DNA of 64,000 nt, taken from the NCBI GenBank assembly GCA_945273735.1, contig CALYPJ010000007.1, positions 4,970 to 68,969 of the forward strand. Direction: 5' to 3'. Below are positions 49,764-60,375 of the stretch, in pieces (positions within the stretch are counted from its first letter, which is position 1; each line of letters starts with the position of its first letter). The stretch is from an uncultured Lactobacillaceae bacterium (GTDB taxonomy: Bacteria > Bacillota > Bacilli > Lactobacillales > Lactobacillaceae). The translations under genes were made by a program, and so were the position numbers. The notes below the pieces were generated by a model, which worked only from the letters and a program-made list of their open reading frames with translations, was not told the origin of the DNA and ran no database searches.

Positions 49764-50579
49764 TTAATTATTTTTAGGACGCCAATCTTTATATAAATTA
49801 TATTCAGATGTCCTTAAAATTTTTTCTGCATTCTTAACCCGTTCTGCCGTGGGAGGTTCTATTTTTTCCAACTTATAGGGAATACCCATCTCATGATATT
49901 TTCTGACCCCTAAAGTATGATATGGTAAAATTTCAACTTTTTTTACAACATTATTAGGGATTTCAGCAATATAATCTGATAGTTTACGTAAATCTGTATC
50001 AAAATCGGTTTTACCAGGCACTAAAACATGGCGAATCCACATGTCATCATTATTTTTAGCCATATATTGAATCATTTCCAAAATATTTTTATTACTAAAT
50101 CCAGTTAACTCTTTATGTTTTATAGGATCAATTTCTTTAATATCTACTAAAGATATATCGGTATATTTCATTAATTCTTCAAATTTGCTAAAAGTTGGTT
50201 CACGATAAGTAAAAGGTTGACCACAAGTATCTAAACATGTACTAATATGACGAGCTTTTGCTTTTTTAAAAATATCTAGCGTAAAATCAATTTGTACTAA
50301 AGATTCACCACCACTTAAAGTAATTCCACCTTGTGGACCCCAAAATGCTCGATACCTTTCAGCATCATCTAAAATTTCTTCAGCTGTCATCTCATCGCCA
50401 ACCCCGATATTCCAAGTATCTGGATTATGACAATATTGACAACGCATACGACAGCCTTGAAGAAATGCTACATAACGGATTCCTGGTCCATCAACTGCGC
50501 CAAAAGTTTCAATCGAATGCACGTAACCTTTAATTTTTTCATTTTTTTTAACCTCATCGTTATTTTCATAAATCTTCAT
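49764..50579 (-). CDS. pflA: Pyruvate formate-lyase activating enzyme
   Basis: GAVDGPGIR, radical-SAM CRMRCQYCHNPDTW, LPYHTLG. Confidence 0.97.
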   Translation of the reverse strand: MKIYENNDEVKKNEKIKGYVHSIETFGAVDGPGIRYVAFLQGCRMRCQYCHNPDTWNIGVGDEMTAEEILDDAERYRAFWGPQGGITLSGGESLVQIDFTLDIFKKAKARHISTCLDTCGQPFTYREPTFSKFEELMKYTDISLVDIKEIDPIKHKELTGFSNKNILEMIQYMAKNNDDMWIRHVLVPGKTDFDTDLRKLSDYIAEIPNNVVKKVEILPYHTLGVRKYHEMGIPYKLEKIEPPTAERVKNAEKILRTSEYNLYKDWRPKNN

Positions 50580-50608
50580 TTATGATTCATCTCCATTGTT
50601 TGTTTAAC

Positions 50609-50637
50609 AAAAAAGGTAGGATTACTCCTACTTTTTT
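50609..50637 (-). terminator. Hairpin/terminator between pflB and pflA
   Basis: AAAAAAGGTAGG...CCTACTTTTTT. Confidence 0.65.
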
Positions 50638-50652
50638 ATAAAATCAAGCTTT

Positions 50653-52914
50653 TTACATTTGATCGAAGAATGTACGAGCGATAACATCATCTTGTTGTTC
50701 TTTAGTTAAATCAGCAAAATATACACAATAACCAGATACCCTAACAGTAAGAGTTGGATACTCCTCAGGGTGTTTTTGAGCATCAATTAAAGTATCACGA
50801 TTAAACACATTAATATTTAAATGCATTCCATTATTAACCATATATCCATCAATCATATGAACTAAAGAATCTTTACGCGCTTCAGGATCATGACCTAAGG
50901 TATTAGGAGTAATTCCAAAAGTATTTGAAATCCCATCTGTAGCATATTTATAAGGTAATTTAGCTGTTGACAACAAAGATGCTAGAGCACCATGAGTTTC
51001 AGCGCCATATGCAGGATTAGCACCAGGAGAGAACGGTTCACCTGATTTACGCCCATTAGGTGTAGTACCAGTATTTTTACCATAAACTACATTTGAAGTA
51101 ATAGTTAAAATTGATGTTGAAAGTTTAGATCCTCGATACAAATGATGAGTATTCATTTTTGAATAAAATGTTCTAACTAACCAAATAGCTATATCATCTG
51201 CTCGATCATCATTATTACCATAGCGAGGATAATCATCATTATCAACCACAAAATCAACTGCTATTCCATCTTTATCGCGTATTGGTTTAACGTGGCCATA
51301 TTTAATTGCACTTATCGAATCAACTGCATGAGAAAATCCAGAAATTCCAGTAGCAAAAGTTCGATTTAATCGCGTATCTTTCAAAGCAAACTGAGCTGCT
51401 TCATAATAATATTTATCATGCATGTAATGAATAGCGTTTAGAGAATTTACATAAATATCAGCAAGCCAATCCATCATCTTATCAAACTTGGACATGAAGT
51501 CATCATAATCAATATATTCACTAGTAATTGGTTTATATTCTGGACCAACTTGAACATGCCCTAATTCATCAACTCCACCATTTATTGCATATAAAATGGC
51601 TTTAGCGAGATTAGCACGAGCTCCAAAATACTGCATTCCATCAGCAATTGGCTGAGCAGAAACACAACAAGCAATTCCATAATAATCAGTGCCCCACTGG
51701 ACTCTCATTAAATCATCATTTTCATATTGAATTGTTGAGCTATTAATTGATACCTCTGTAGCATAACGTTTAAATGGTTCTGGTAATTTATCAGACCAAA
51801 GTAAAGTGATATTTGGTTCTGGAGCTGCACCCATATTATCTAAAGTTTTTAATATTCTAAATGTGGTTTTGGTAACATGATGACGTCCATCTAAGCCAAT
51901 TCCTGCAATTGAAAGTGTTGCCCAAATAGGATCACCAGAAAATAGGGAATTATATTCAGGAGTTCTAATAAATCTAACTAATCTTAATTTCATAATGAAA
52001 TGATCAACTAATTCTTGAGCAGTTTTTTCATCAATAATCCCACGATTTAAATCACGTTGAATATAGATATCAATAATATCATCAAGACGCCCTACTGACA
52101 TTGCAGCTCCATTTTGAGTCTTAATTGATGCTAAGTATCCAAAATAGATCCATTGAATCGCTTCTTGAGCATTTTTGGCTGGTTTAGAAATATCATAACC
52201 ATAAGAAGCTGCCATTTTTTTCATATCATTTAAAGCACGGTATTGATCAGAAACTTCTTCACGAAGCCGAATAACTTCTTCAGTCATTTCACCATCGCCA
52301 ATTCCTGAATAATCCTTTGCTTTTTCTTCCATCAAGCGATCTATACCATAAACCGCAATTCGAGGAAAATCAGCAACTAAGCGGCCTCGACCATAAGCAT
52401 CTGGCAATCCAGTTACAATTTTATAATGCCTTGCAGCTCTAATCTCAGGAGTATAAACATCAAATACACCTTGATTATGTGTTTTACGCCACTCTGTAAA
52501 AATTTTATGCATTTCAGGATCAGTATCAAATCCATAAGATTTTAATGCATCCTCAGCCATTCGAATACCACCAAATGGCATAAAAGCACGTTTTAAAGGT
52601 GCATCTGTTTGTAAACCAACAATTTTTTCAAGATCTTTGTTTAAATAACCTGGGCCATGAGAAGTAATTGTACTAGGAATATTATTATCAGCATCTAATA
52701 CTCCTCCCGCTTCGCGTTCTTTTTTCTTTAAATTTAATACTTGATTGTTTAAAACGGTAGTTGCTTCTGTTGGACCAGCTAGAAATGATTCATCACCATT
52801 ATATTGAGTAAAATTATTTTGGATAAAATCACGGATATCAATTTCATCCTGCCAACGACCAGGTTTAAAACCGTCCCAGTATTCAGCCAACTTATTTTTC
52901 GTTAACTGTTTCAT
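50653..52914 (-). CDS. pflB: Pyruvate formate-lyase
   Basis: IACCVS active-site cysteines; glycyl-radical motif RVSGY. Confidence 0.98.
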   Translation of the reverse strand: MKQLTKNKLAEYWDGFKPGRWQDEIDIRDFIQNNFTQYNGDESFLAGPTEATTVLNNQVLNLKKKEREAGGVLDADNNIPSTITSHGPGYLNKDLEKIVGLQTDAPLKRAFMPFGGIRMAEDALKSYGFDTDPEMHKIFTEWRKTHNQGVFDVYTPEIRAARHYKIVTGLPDAYGRGRLVADFPRIAVYGIDRLMEEKAKDYSGIGDGEMTEEVIRLREEVSDQYRALNDMKKMAASYGYDISKPAKNAQEAIQWIYFGYLASIKTQNGAAMSVGRLDDIIDIYIQRDLNRGIIDEKTAQELVDHFIMKLRLVRFIRTPEYNSLFSGDPIWATLSIAGIGLDGRHHVTKTTFRILKTLDNMGAAPEPNITLLWSDKLPEPFKRYATEVSINSSTIQYENDDLMRVQWGTDYYGIACCVSAQPIADGMQYFGARANLAKAILYAINGGVDELGHVQVGPEYKPITSEYIDYDDFMSKFDKMMDWLADIYVNSLNAIHYMHDKYYYEAAQFALKDTRLNRTFATGISGFSHAVDSISAIKYGHVKPIRDKDGIAVDFVVDNDDYPRYGNNDDRADDIAIWLVRTFYSKMNTHHLYRGSKLSTSILTITSNVVYGKNTGTTPNGRKSGEPFSPGANPAYGAETHGALASLLSTAKLPYKYATDGISNTFGITPNTLGHDPEARKDSLVHMIDGYMVNNGMHLNINVFNRDTLIDAQKHPEEYPTLTVRVSGYCVYFADLTKEQQDDVIARTFFDQM

Positions 52915-52954
52915 TAAAACGTACCTCCAATTAATTCACCTAATTAACAACCTA

Positions 52955-52983
52955 ATTGTAAGTGGTTTCAAAGGCTAATGCAA
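52955..52983 (-). promoter_or_regulatory. pflB promoter with overlapping cre (CcpA) site
   Basis: Minus strand TTGCAT-N17-TACAAT; TGTAAGTGGTTTCA (52957-52970) is one mismatch from the cre consensus TGWAANCGNTNWCA. Confidence 0.72.
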
Positions 52984-53055
52984 GTAAAAAATTAAATATT
53001 ATTTTATAAAATTTTTTATCAAAAAATTTTGATTAATTCAATAATCAGATCAACT

Positions 53056-53085
53056 TTGCTACTTAGATAAAAAATATGATAAAAT
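53056..53085 (+). promoter_or_regulatory. Promoter of tRNA-Arg
   Basis: TTGCTA-N18-TAAAAT with extended TGn, 9 nt before the tRNA. Confidence 0.6.
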
Positions 53086-53094
53086 AGGATCGTT

Positions 53095-53166
53095 GTTTCC
53101 GTAGTTAAGTGGATATAACAAATCTCTCCTAAAGATTAGTCGTCAGTTCGACTCTGACCGGAAACA
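53095..53166 (+). tRNA. tRNA-Arg (anticodon CCT, reads AGG); CCA not encoded
   Basis: Acceptor GTTTCCG/CGGAAAC, anticodon arm AATCT-CTCCTAA-AGATT, T-arm GTCAG-TTCGACT-CTGAC. Confidence 0.95.
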
Positions 53167-53190
53167 TATCTTAAAATCTAGCTTTAAATT

Positions 53191-53223
53191 AAAAAAAGGC
53201 AGTATTCTTTAATTGCCTTTTTT
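53191..53223. terminator. Bidirectional terminator between tRNA-Arg and prs
   Basis: AAAAAAAGGCAGT...ATTGCCTTTTTT. Confidence 0.8.
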
Positions 53224-53244
53224 AATTTATTTAATTTTAAACAC

Positions 53245-54234
53245 TTAATTTTTAGGTTTCAACTGATCACGATATAAATAACGATTTTTAATCTCAAATA
53301 AAGGAGAAAGAGAATCTCCATGATAAGCTCTTGAAATAGCTTCCCCCATCATCGGACCTACAGATACAATTTGTAATTTATCAATTCGTTTTTCTTTAGG
53401 TACATTAATTGTATCTGTTACTACAACTTTTTCTATGCCTGATTTTTTAATTCTATCTATCGCAGGTCCGGATAATACTGCATGTGTACAACAAGCAATA
53501 ACTGATTTTGCCCCATGATTTAGTAAGGCTTCGGCAGCATTAATTAAAGTGCCAGCTGTATCAATAATATCATCAATAATAATTGCTTTTTTACCCTTAA
53601 CATTACCAATGATATTCATAACCTCAGAAACGTTTGGCTTAGGTCTTCTTTTATCAATGATTGCTAAAGGTGCTTTTAAATATTCTGCTAAAACTCGAGC
53701 GCGATTAACCCCACCATGATCAGGAGATACAATTACTGCATCTTGGTCATAACCATTTTCCAAAATATAACTTGTAAATACAGGAACTCCTCTTAAATGA
53801 TCCACTGGAATATCAAAAAATCCTTGAATTTGGGCAGCGTGCAAATCAATTGTAATAACACGATTTACTCCAGCACTTTCTAACATATTTGCTACTAATT
53901 TAGCAGTAATTGGCTCTCGAGGATTAGCTTTTCGATCTTGTCGAGCATAACCATAATAAGGCATAACCACATTAATAGAACGTGCAGAAGCTCTTCTCAT
54001 TGCATCAACCATAATTAACAGCTCCATTAAATTATCATTTACAGGAGCAGATGTAGATTGAATTAAAAAAATATCATCTCCGCGAATACTGGCACCTATA
54101 TCAATTTGAATTTCTCCATCACTAAAACGGGCTACAGATCTTGGCTGTAATTCTACTCCCATATGTCGAGCAATCTTCCGTGATAACGGAACGTTAGAAC
54201 TTAACGCAAAAAGCTTAAAACCACCAACAGACAC
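53245..54234 (-). CDS. prs: Ribose-phosphate pyrophosphokinase
   Basis: [37 protein letters not shown]. Confidence 0.98.
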   Translation of the reverse strand: MSVGGFKLFALSSNVPLSRKIARHMGVELQPRSVARFSDGEIQIDIGASIRGDDIFLIQSTSAPVNDNLMELLIMVDAMRRASARSINVVMPYYGYARQDRKANPREPITAKLVANMLESAGVNRVITIDLHAAQIQGFFDIPVDHLRGVPVFTSYILENGYDQDAVIVSPDHGGVNRARVLAEYLKAPLAIIDKRRPKPNVSEVMNIIGNVKGKKAIIIDDIIDTAGTLINAAEALLNHGAKSVIACCTHAVLSGPAIDRIKKSGIEKVVVTDTINVPKEKRIDKLQIVSVGPMMGEAISRAYHGDSLSPLFEIKNRYLYRDQLKPKN

Positions 54235-54246
54235 TTATATTCTCCT

Positions 54247-55659
54247 CTATTTTTCTTTTTCTTCAGTCTTTTCCCATAACTTAGAATTAGCTACCGGTAA
54301 TTTTGACCAATAATTTTCTTTATTTATTTGTCGTGCTCGACCTAAAGCCAAAGCATGATAAGGAACATCTTTAGTAATTGTTGAACCAGCAGCAATAAAA
54401 CTGTGATCAGCAATTTCAACGGGAGCTACTATATTAGATCCACTACCTAAAAAGCTATTACTGCCAACTTTACTTCGATGTTTTTTAAAACCATCATAAT
54501 TACAAAAAATAATCCCGCAACCAACATTAATATCTTTACCTAAATCAGCATCTCCAATGTAGGTTAAGTGACCAACTTTGGAATTATCACCGATAGTAGA
54601 ATTTTTAATTTCACAAAAATTACCAATATGAACCTTAGATCCAATTTTAGCATTTGGCCTTAAATGACTATTAGGTCCAATATCCGAACAACTAAACATT
54701 TCTGAACTTTCAATTAGTGAACTAATTATAGTCACATGATCATGAATTTTTGAATCTATAATTTCACTTCCCATACCAATATGACAATGAGAACCAATTT
54801 TTGTATTACCAATTATTTGAACATTGGGCTCAATAATAGTATCATTACCTACCTCAACTGAGCAATCAATATAAGTATGATCTGGATCAATAATTTGAAC
54901 TCCGTTCATTAACAACTTTGTATTAATTCGCTTCTGTATAATCTTCCTTGCATTGTTTAAAGCAACTAAATCATTCACTCCCAAAATTTCAGAAGAATCA
55001 TTAGTTTTAAAAGTAAAAGGTTGCAGTCCATGTTTACGAAAAATTTCAATTAAATCCGTTAAGTAATACTCTTTTTGATTATTATTATTATTTACTTCAG
55101 GTAAATATTTAAAAAGAAGCTGATTATCAAAGCAATAAACGCCTGAATTTACTTCACTAACTGTTAATTCTTCAGTACTAGCATCCTTTTGTTCAACAAT
55201 TCGTTCAAATTTCCGATTTTTATCATATATAATTCGACCATATCCAGAAGGATTTTTAAGATCAGCAGTCAATAACGTTAAAGGACTTTTGGCTTTAATA
55301 TGAAAATCAACTAATTGATTTATTGTTGCTTGAGTCAAAAGTGGTGAATCACCATTTAATACCAAAGTAACACCTTTTTGATTTGATAATTCAGATCCAA
55401 CTGTTTTTACTGCATCTGCAGTTCCTAATTGTTGTGGTTCAACTACAATTTTCGAACGACTACCAAGATGCTTTACTAATTGCTCACGATCATGGCCGAC
55501 TACCGTATATACTTGTGAATATTTTAGATCGGCTACTCCATCAAAAACCCAATCTATTAATGGCCGATGACAAATTTCATGCATTACTTTAAGGGTATCA
55601 GATTTCATTCTTGTGCCTTTTCCAGCAGCAAGAATAATCACATTTACATTACTTTCCAT
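54247..55659 (-). CDS. glmU: Bifunctional UDP-GlcNAc pyrophosphorylase/acetyltransferase
   Basis: LAAGKGTRMKS, EYYLTD, hexapeptide repeats, HLTYIGDA, NYDG. Confidence 0.98.
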   Translation of the reverse strand: MESNVNVIILAAGKGTRMKSDTLKVMHEICHRPLIDWVFDGVADLKYSQVYTVVGHDREQLVKHLGSRSKIVVEPQQLGTADAVKTVGSELSNQKGVTLVLNGDSPLLTQATINQLVDFHIKAKSPLTLLTADLKNPSGYGRIIYDKNRKFERIVEQKDASTEELTVSEVNSGVYCFDNQLLFKYLPEVNNNNNQKEYYLTDLIEIFRKHGLQPFTFKTNDSSEILGVNDLVALNNARKIIQKRINTKLLMNGVQIIDPDHTYIDCSVEVGNDTIIEPNVQIIGNTKIGSHCHIGMGSEIIDSKIHDHVTIISSLIESSEMFSCSDIGPNSHLRPNAKIGSKVHIGNFCEIKNSTIGDNSKVGHLTYIGDADLGKDINVGCGIIFCNYDGFKKHRSKVGSNSFLGSGSNIVAPVEIADHSFIAAGSTITKDVPYHALALGRARQINKENYWSKLPVANSKLWEKTEEKEK

Positions 55660-55739
55660 TACAACTCCAAAACTATTTTTTTCTCCTTAATAATAAACTA
55701 AGATCTAGCTAATTGACAAAATTTTTTAAAATTAAACAC

Positions 55740-55768
55740 AAAAAAAACCATCACTAACATGTGATGGT
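55740..55768 (-). terminator. veg terminator
   Basis: A-tract followed by ACCATCAC/GTGATGGT stem. Confidence 0.75.
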
Positions 55769-55780
55769 AACAAATGGCAA

Positions 55781-56020
55781 TCAGTTATTATCAAAGCTTA
55801 ATTCTACATTTTTAGTCAATAAGTCTGTATAACTATAGGACACGCGCTCATAGGTACTCTTATGTTCATCAAGATCAATAATAAAAACTGCTCTAAAAGT
55901 TTGTCTCAAAATGCCATTACGTTTAATGACTTTTTTTCTTCCAGCTTGGGCTTTAATTTCTACATGCTGACCAATTTTAGAATCTAATGTATTCTTGATT
56001 TTTGCTATACTATTCGGCAT
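55781..56020 (-). CDS. veg: Veg protein
   Basis: MPNSIAKIK...AQAGRKK...RVSYSYTDLLT; ATG 56020 has a GAGGTG SD. Confidence 0.95.
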   Translation of the reverse strand: MPNSIAKIKNTLDSKIGQHVEIKAQAGRKKVIKRNGILRQTFRAVFIIDLDEHKSTYERVSYSYTDLLTKNVELSFDNN

Positions 56021-56109
56021 ATCCACCTCACTCAACCATTAACTAAAAGTATAGCACTGATATATAAATCATTCAAATTTCAAAAAAAAATCAATAATCA
56101 TGCGAAAAA

Positions 56110-56937
56110 TTAGATGATTTTATACTCTTTAAACTTAGAAATTAAATTACGATACTGTAAAAGTGATAATTCCTGTGCTCGAATTTTAGTATTACTAAAC
56201 AGATCCATTAAAATATTAGAAACTATATTTTGTTCTTCTTTACTTTTAGTTAGGTGTGCTAAGTTATTTTTTAATTGTTTACGACGATTTGAAAAAGCTA
56301 ATTCAATAAATTTCATTTCTTCTTTAATTTGAAGTGAAGGTAAACGATTGGGTTTAAGATCTAAAGTTATCACTGCTGAATCAACTTTAGGAATGGGGTA
56401 AAAATTATTTTTGTTAACATAAAAAGAAATTTTGGGTTGAGCAAATTCCTGAATATAAAGAGATAAAACACTATAGTTATTCGTCTTAGGAGAAGCGACA
56501 ATTCTTTGTGCTACTTCTTTTTGAACCATTAAAATAATTTTAGTAAAATTAATCTCAGATTCTAATAATTTATGAATAATAGGTGAAGTAATATAATAAG
56601 GAATATTACCTACAGCAATTAAATTACTGCTATTTGGTAAATTCTTTTTAATTTCTTGATTAAAATCAATTTTTAAAACATCATTAAAATTTATATAAAC
56701 ATTATGATAATTTTTTAATTTTTTTTCTAATAAAGGAATTAAACTTAAATCAACTTCAAATCCTAATACTCTTTTTGCTTTTTTAGCTAAAATAGTTGTT
56801 AAGTTAGCAGATCCAACCCCAATTTCTAAAACGTCTGTTTGAGTATCTAAATTAGCTACCGAAGCAATCTTTTTTAATATTTGAGGATCTTTTATAAAAT
56901 TTTGTCCCAAACTTTTTTTATTTCTAAATTTTACCAT
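56110..56937 (-). CDS. rsmA: 16S rRNA dimethyladenosine transferase KsgA/RsmA
   Basis: KKSLGQNF, LEIG.G, NIPYYITSPI, MVQKEVA.R, PKVDSAV. Confidence 0.96.
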   Translation of the reverse strand: MVKFRNKKSLGQNFIKDPQILKKIASVANLDTQTDVLEIGVGSANLTTILAKKAKRVLGFEVDLSLIPLLEKKLKNYHNVYINFNDVLKIDFNQEIKKNLPNSSNLIAVGNIPYYITSPIIHKLLESEINFTKIILMVQKEVAQRIVASPKTNNYSVLSLYIQEFAQPKISFYVNKNNFYPIPKVDSAVITLDLKPNRLPSLQIKEEMKFIELAFSNRRKQLKNNLAHLTKSKEEQNIVSNILMDLFSNTKIRAQELSLLQYRNLISKFKEYKII

Positions 56938-57499
56938 TAAGCTTTTTTTCCATAATTCCTTCGACCTGTGGCAAAGTAACTCTAATTAATTGTAGTCTCT
57001 GAGCTAAATGTGCTCCATTTACCATTCCAATATTTAGATAATCACATAAATAACGACGATTATGTTCTGCACCAGATACATTAATTAATTTTAACCTCAT
57101 TAATTCACTCTTTTTTATGATAGGTGGAAGATTTTTCTCTTCTCTAGATACTTCTGATAAAGCAGCTATTATTGCTGAAGTAGAAGCATGTTCAATTCCT
57201 AATGATGCATGACGCAAATGTTTTTGAGGAATTGCATCTTTTTGACGTAAAAAAGCTTGCTTTACTTTAGGTACTGATCTAGTAATTAAACGCCGAATGC
57301 GTTCACCAGAAAAATCAGGGTCAGTAAAAACAATCACTTCATTTTTAATACTTACTTTTTTTATTAAAGAAATCACTTTTTGATTAATTGCAGCACCATT
57401 TGTCTCAATTGTTTGAACATCAGGATCAATTAACCGTAAACGCTGAGTATCCTTTTTCCCCTCTACAATAATAATTGCTTTAATTTTATACTTATCCAT
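56924..57499 (-). CDS. rnmV: Ribonuclease M5
   Basis: IVEGKKDT, FTDPDFSGERIR, LGIEHAS (Toprim). Confidence 0.95.
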   Translation of the reverse strand: MDKYKIKAIIIVEGKKDTQRLRLIDPDVQTIETNGAAINQKVISLIKKVSIKNEVIVFTDPDFSGERIRRLITRSVPKVKQAFLRQKDAIPQKHLRHASLGIEHASTSAIIAALSEVSREEKNLPPIIKKSELMRLKLINVSGAEHNRRYLCDYLNIGMVNGAHLAQRLQLIRVTLPQVEGIMEKKLNGKI

Positions 57500-58295
57500 T
57501 AATTAACCGTTCAGTATTTTGATAAACTTTAGCTGCCAATTCCTTTAATTCTATATTTAAATATTCAGCTATGTATTTAAGAGTGAAATAGGCATAAGCA
57601 GGATGATTAAATTTACCACGAAATGGAACTGGTGTCAGGTAAGGATCATCTGTTTCAACCAAAAGGTAGTTATTTGGAATAATTTTTAAACTTTCTCGTA
57701 AATCTTGCGCATTTTTAAAAGTAATAACTCCACTAATTGAAAGCATAAATCCTTGATCAAGAAATGCTTCAGCTTGTTTTGGTCCTTGATTAAAATTATG
57801 GATTACACCTCTAAATATGTGATGATCTTTTAGAATTTGTAAAGTATCCTCAAAAGCATCTCTTGTATGGATTGATACTGGTAAATTATATTGCTTTGCT
57901 ATATCCAATTGTGATGAAAAAATTCTTTGTTGATCTAATTTATCATCTATAGAATAGTGATAATCAAGACCAATTTCTCCAACCATTGACACTAAATTGG
58001 GTTGTTCTAAATAATTAAGCATTTTTATATTTTGGTACAGTGACCAGTATTCTGGATGCCAACCCACAGCGCAGTAACAATGTTTATTTTTTTGACTAAG
58101 TTGAACTGCTCGATCATTAAAATCCTGATTTGCACCAATAACTATAAAATCGGTAACATTAAATTTTTTCCCCTCTTTAATTAAATCAAAAGCATGTTCA
58201 TATTCTTTTTCATCATTCAAATGACAATGAGAATTAAAAATTTGATAATTATGATTATTTGGTGGTAAACGTAATTTTGGATCGATTTTACTCAT
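57492..58295 (-). CDS. tatD: TatD family DNase
   Basis: SHCHL, GWHPE, GEIGLDY, IHTRDA, ETDDPYLTP. Confidence 0.95.
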   Translation of the reverse strand: MSKIDPKLRLPPNNHNYQIFNSHCHLNDEKEYEHAFDLIKEGKKFNVTDFIVIGANQDFNDRAVQLSQKNKHCYCAVGWHPEYWSLYQNIKMLNYLEQPNLVSMVGEIGLDYHYSIDDKLDQQRIFSSQLDIAKQYNLPVSIHTRDAFEDTLQILKDHHIFRGVIHNFNQGPKQAEAFLDQGFMLSISGVITFKNAQDLRESLKIIPNNYLLVETDDPYLTPVPFRGKFNHPAYAYFTLKYIAEYLNIELKELAAKVYQNTERLING

Positions 58296-60292
58296 TAACT
58301 GATTTGGGCTCCTGGTTCTAATTTATCAGGAAGAATAGTTAAAATTACATCGCCATTCGTATTTTCTCCCGCCAAGATCATTCCTTCACTAATTGTTCCG
58401 GCCATTTTTTTAGGAGCAAGATTAGTGACAATAATCACCTTTTTGCCTAAAAGTTTTTCCGGTTCAGGATACCACTTGCGAATACCACTAAGAATTTGTC
58501 TATGTTGATTATGTCCATCATTTACAATAAATTTAATCAATTTGTTCGAATTCTCTAAAAATTCAGCTGATTTTATTTCAGCGACACATAATTTAACTTT
58601 TGAAAAATCACTAAACTCAATCAAACTTTGTTCTGACTTTTTACTTTCTTCCATTTGAGCTCTACCCTTAGTTTTGTTATTTTTACTTACTAATTTTTTT
58701 ACAAACTCAACTTCTTTTTTTACATCAATTCTAGGAAAAATTGGTCTTGGATTATTAGAAACCTTTGCACTTTTGGGCAAATTATAAAAATTGAAATCAA
58801 CAAAATTAATTAACTTCCCTAACCCTAATTGTTCAAAAATTTTTTTTGGCGTTTTAGTCATTATTGGCTGTAATAAAACGGCAACTTCTCTTAGTGAAGC
58901 AACAATGTGAGCTAAAACATCATCTAAAACATTTTTTAATTTTAAATCTTTAGCTTTAATCCATGGTTGAGTTTCATCAATATATTTATTTGTCCGACGT
59001 ACCAAACGCCAAATAATATCTAAAGCTTCTCCAGGATTTGCTTCTTTCATTGCTTTATTATAGTCAGTAATGGTTTGCATGGCTGTTTTTTCAAGTGAAG
59101 AATCCTCTGGATTCAAATTAGAAAGCTGAGGAACAATTCCATTATTATATAAATTAACCATGGAAACGGTACGGTTTAATAAATTACCTAAATCATTCGC
59201 TAAATCAGAATTTATTCGAGAAACAAAATCTTCAGGAGTAAACACCCCATCGTTACCAAAAGGCATCATTTTTAACAAATAGTAGCGAACTGAATCCAGT
59301 CCATAACGATCTATTAAAGTTTCTGGGTAAATTACATTACCTTTGGACTTACTCATTTTTCCATCTTTCATAATTAACCAGCCATGCCCTAAAATTTCAT
59401 GAGGCAAAGGTAATCCCAGTGCATGAAGCATAATTGGCCAATAAATCGTATGAAATCGTACTATTTCCTTGCCAACTAAATGAATATCAGCTGGCCAAAA
59501 TTTTTGAAATTTATCAGGTTGCTGAGTTAATTTAGGATCGTAACCTAAAGCAGTAATATAATTACTCAAAGCATCAATCCAAACATAAATTACATGCTTG
59601 GGATCATTCGGAACTTTAATTCCCCAGTCAACTTTTGTTCTTGTTACAGCTAAATCCTCTAAACCAGGTTTTATAAAATTGTTAATCATTTCATTCATCC
59701 GCGAACTAGGTTGAATAAAATTAGGATGTTCTTGATAATATTGAAGTAGCCAATCAGCATACTTACTCATTTTAAAGAAATAAGTTTCTTCTTTAACCAG
59801 TTCAACCTCATGACCACTGGGAGCTTTACCACCAACAACATTACCTTTTTCATCACGATAAACTTCTGCTAACTGTGATTCAGTAAAATACTCTTCATCA
59901 GAAACAGAATACCAGCCTTGATATTCACCCTTATAAATATCTCCTTGATTCTGAAATTGTTGAAAAATACTTTGAACAATTTTTTCATGATGAGGATCAG
60001 TTGTTCGAATAAACTTATCATAAGAAATATCCATTAATGACCATATTTTTTTAAAACCAGCAATTTGTTCATCCAAATATTCTAATGGCTTTTGATGATT
60101 TTCAGCAGCTTTACGTTCAATTTTTAACCCATGTTCATCTGATCCAGTTAAGAAAAAAACATCTTCTCCTTGCAAACGATGAAACCTAGCTAAACTATCT
60201 GCTAAAACAGTCGTATAAGTGTTACCAAGTTGTAATTTACCACTAGGATAATATATTGGTGTTGTAATATAAAACTTTTTTTTCAATAACAT
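58295..60292 (-). CDS. metG: Methionine--tRNA ligase with C-terminal tRNA-binding domain
   Basis: FYITTPIYYPSG, GSDEHG, YVWIDAL, KMSKS. Confidence 0.98.
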   Translation of the reverse strand: MLLKKKFYITTPIYYPSGKLQLGNTYTTVLADSLARFHRLQGEDVFFLTGSDEHGLKIERKAAENHQKPLEYLDEQIAGFKKIWSLMDISYDKFIRTTDPHHEKIVQSIFQQFQNQGDIYKGEYQGWYSVSDEEYFTESQLAEVYRDEKGNVVGGKAPSGHEVELVKEETYFFKMSKYADWLLQYYQEHPNFIQPSSRMNEMINNFIKPGLEDLAVTRTKVDWGIKVPNDPKHVIYVWIDALSNYITALGYDPKLTQQPDKFQKFWPADIHLVGKEIVRFHTIYWPIMLHALGLPLPHEILGHGWLIMKDGKMSKSKGNVIYPETLIDRYGLDSVRYYLLKMMPFGNDGVFTPEDFVSRINSDLANDLGNLLNRTVSMVNLYNNGIVPQLSNLNPEDSSLEKTAMQTITDYNKAMKEANPGEALDIIWRLVRRTNKYIDETQPWIKAKDLKLKNVLDDVLAHIVASLREVAVLLQPIMTKTPKKIFEQLGLGKLINFVDFNFYNLPKSAKVSNNPRPIFPRIDVKKEVEFVKKLVSKNNKTKGRAQMEESKKSEQSLIEFSDFSKVKLCVAEIKSAEFLENSNKLIKFIVNDGHNQHRQILSGIRKWYPEPEKLLGKKVIIVTNLAPKKMAGTISEGMILAGENTNGDVILTILPDKLEPGAQIS

Positions 60293-60343
60293 TACTTCCT
60301 CACAAAAAACAGATTAATACAATTATAGCATCACTAGCTTTAC

Positions 60344-60368
60344 AAAAATATCGCCCTTGGGCGATATT
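60344..60368 (-). terminator. Terminator of the P-type ATPase gene
   Basis: AATATCGCCC-TT-GGGCGATATT with an upstream A-tract. Confidence 0.8.
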
Positions 60369-60375
60369 AATTAAA

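Noticed and set aside
53095-53244. tRNA-Arg as an occupied prophage/island attachment site
   Set aside because: No integrase or duplicated tRNA 3' end was seen; it is directly followed by a terminator and prs.
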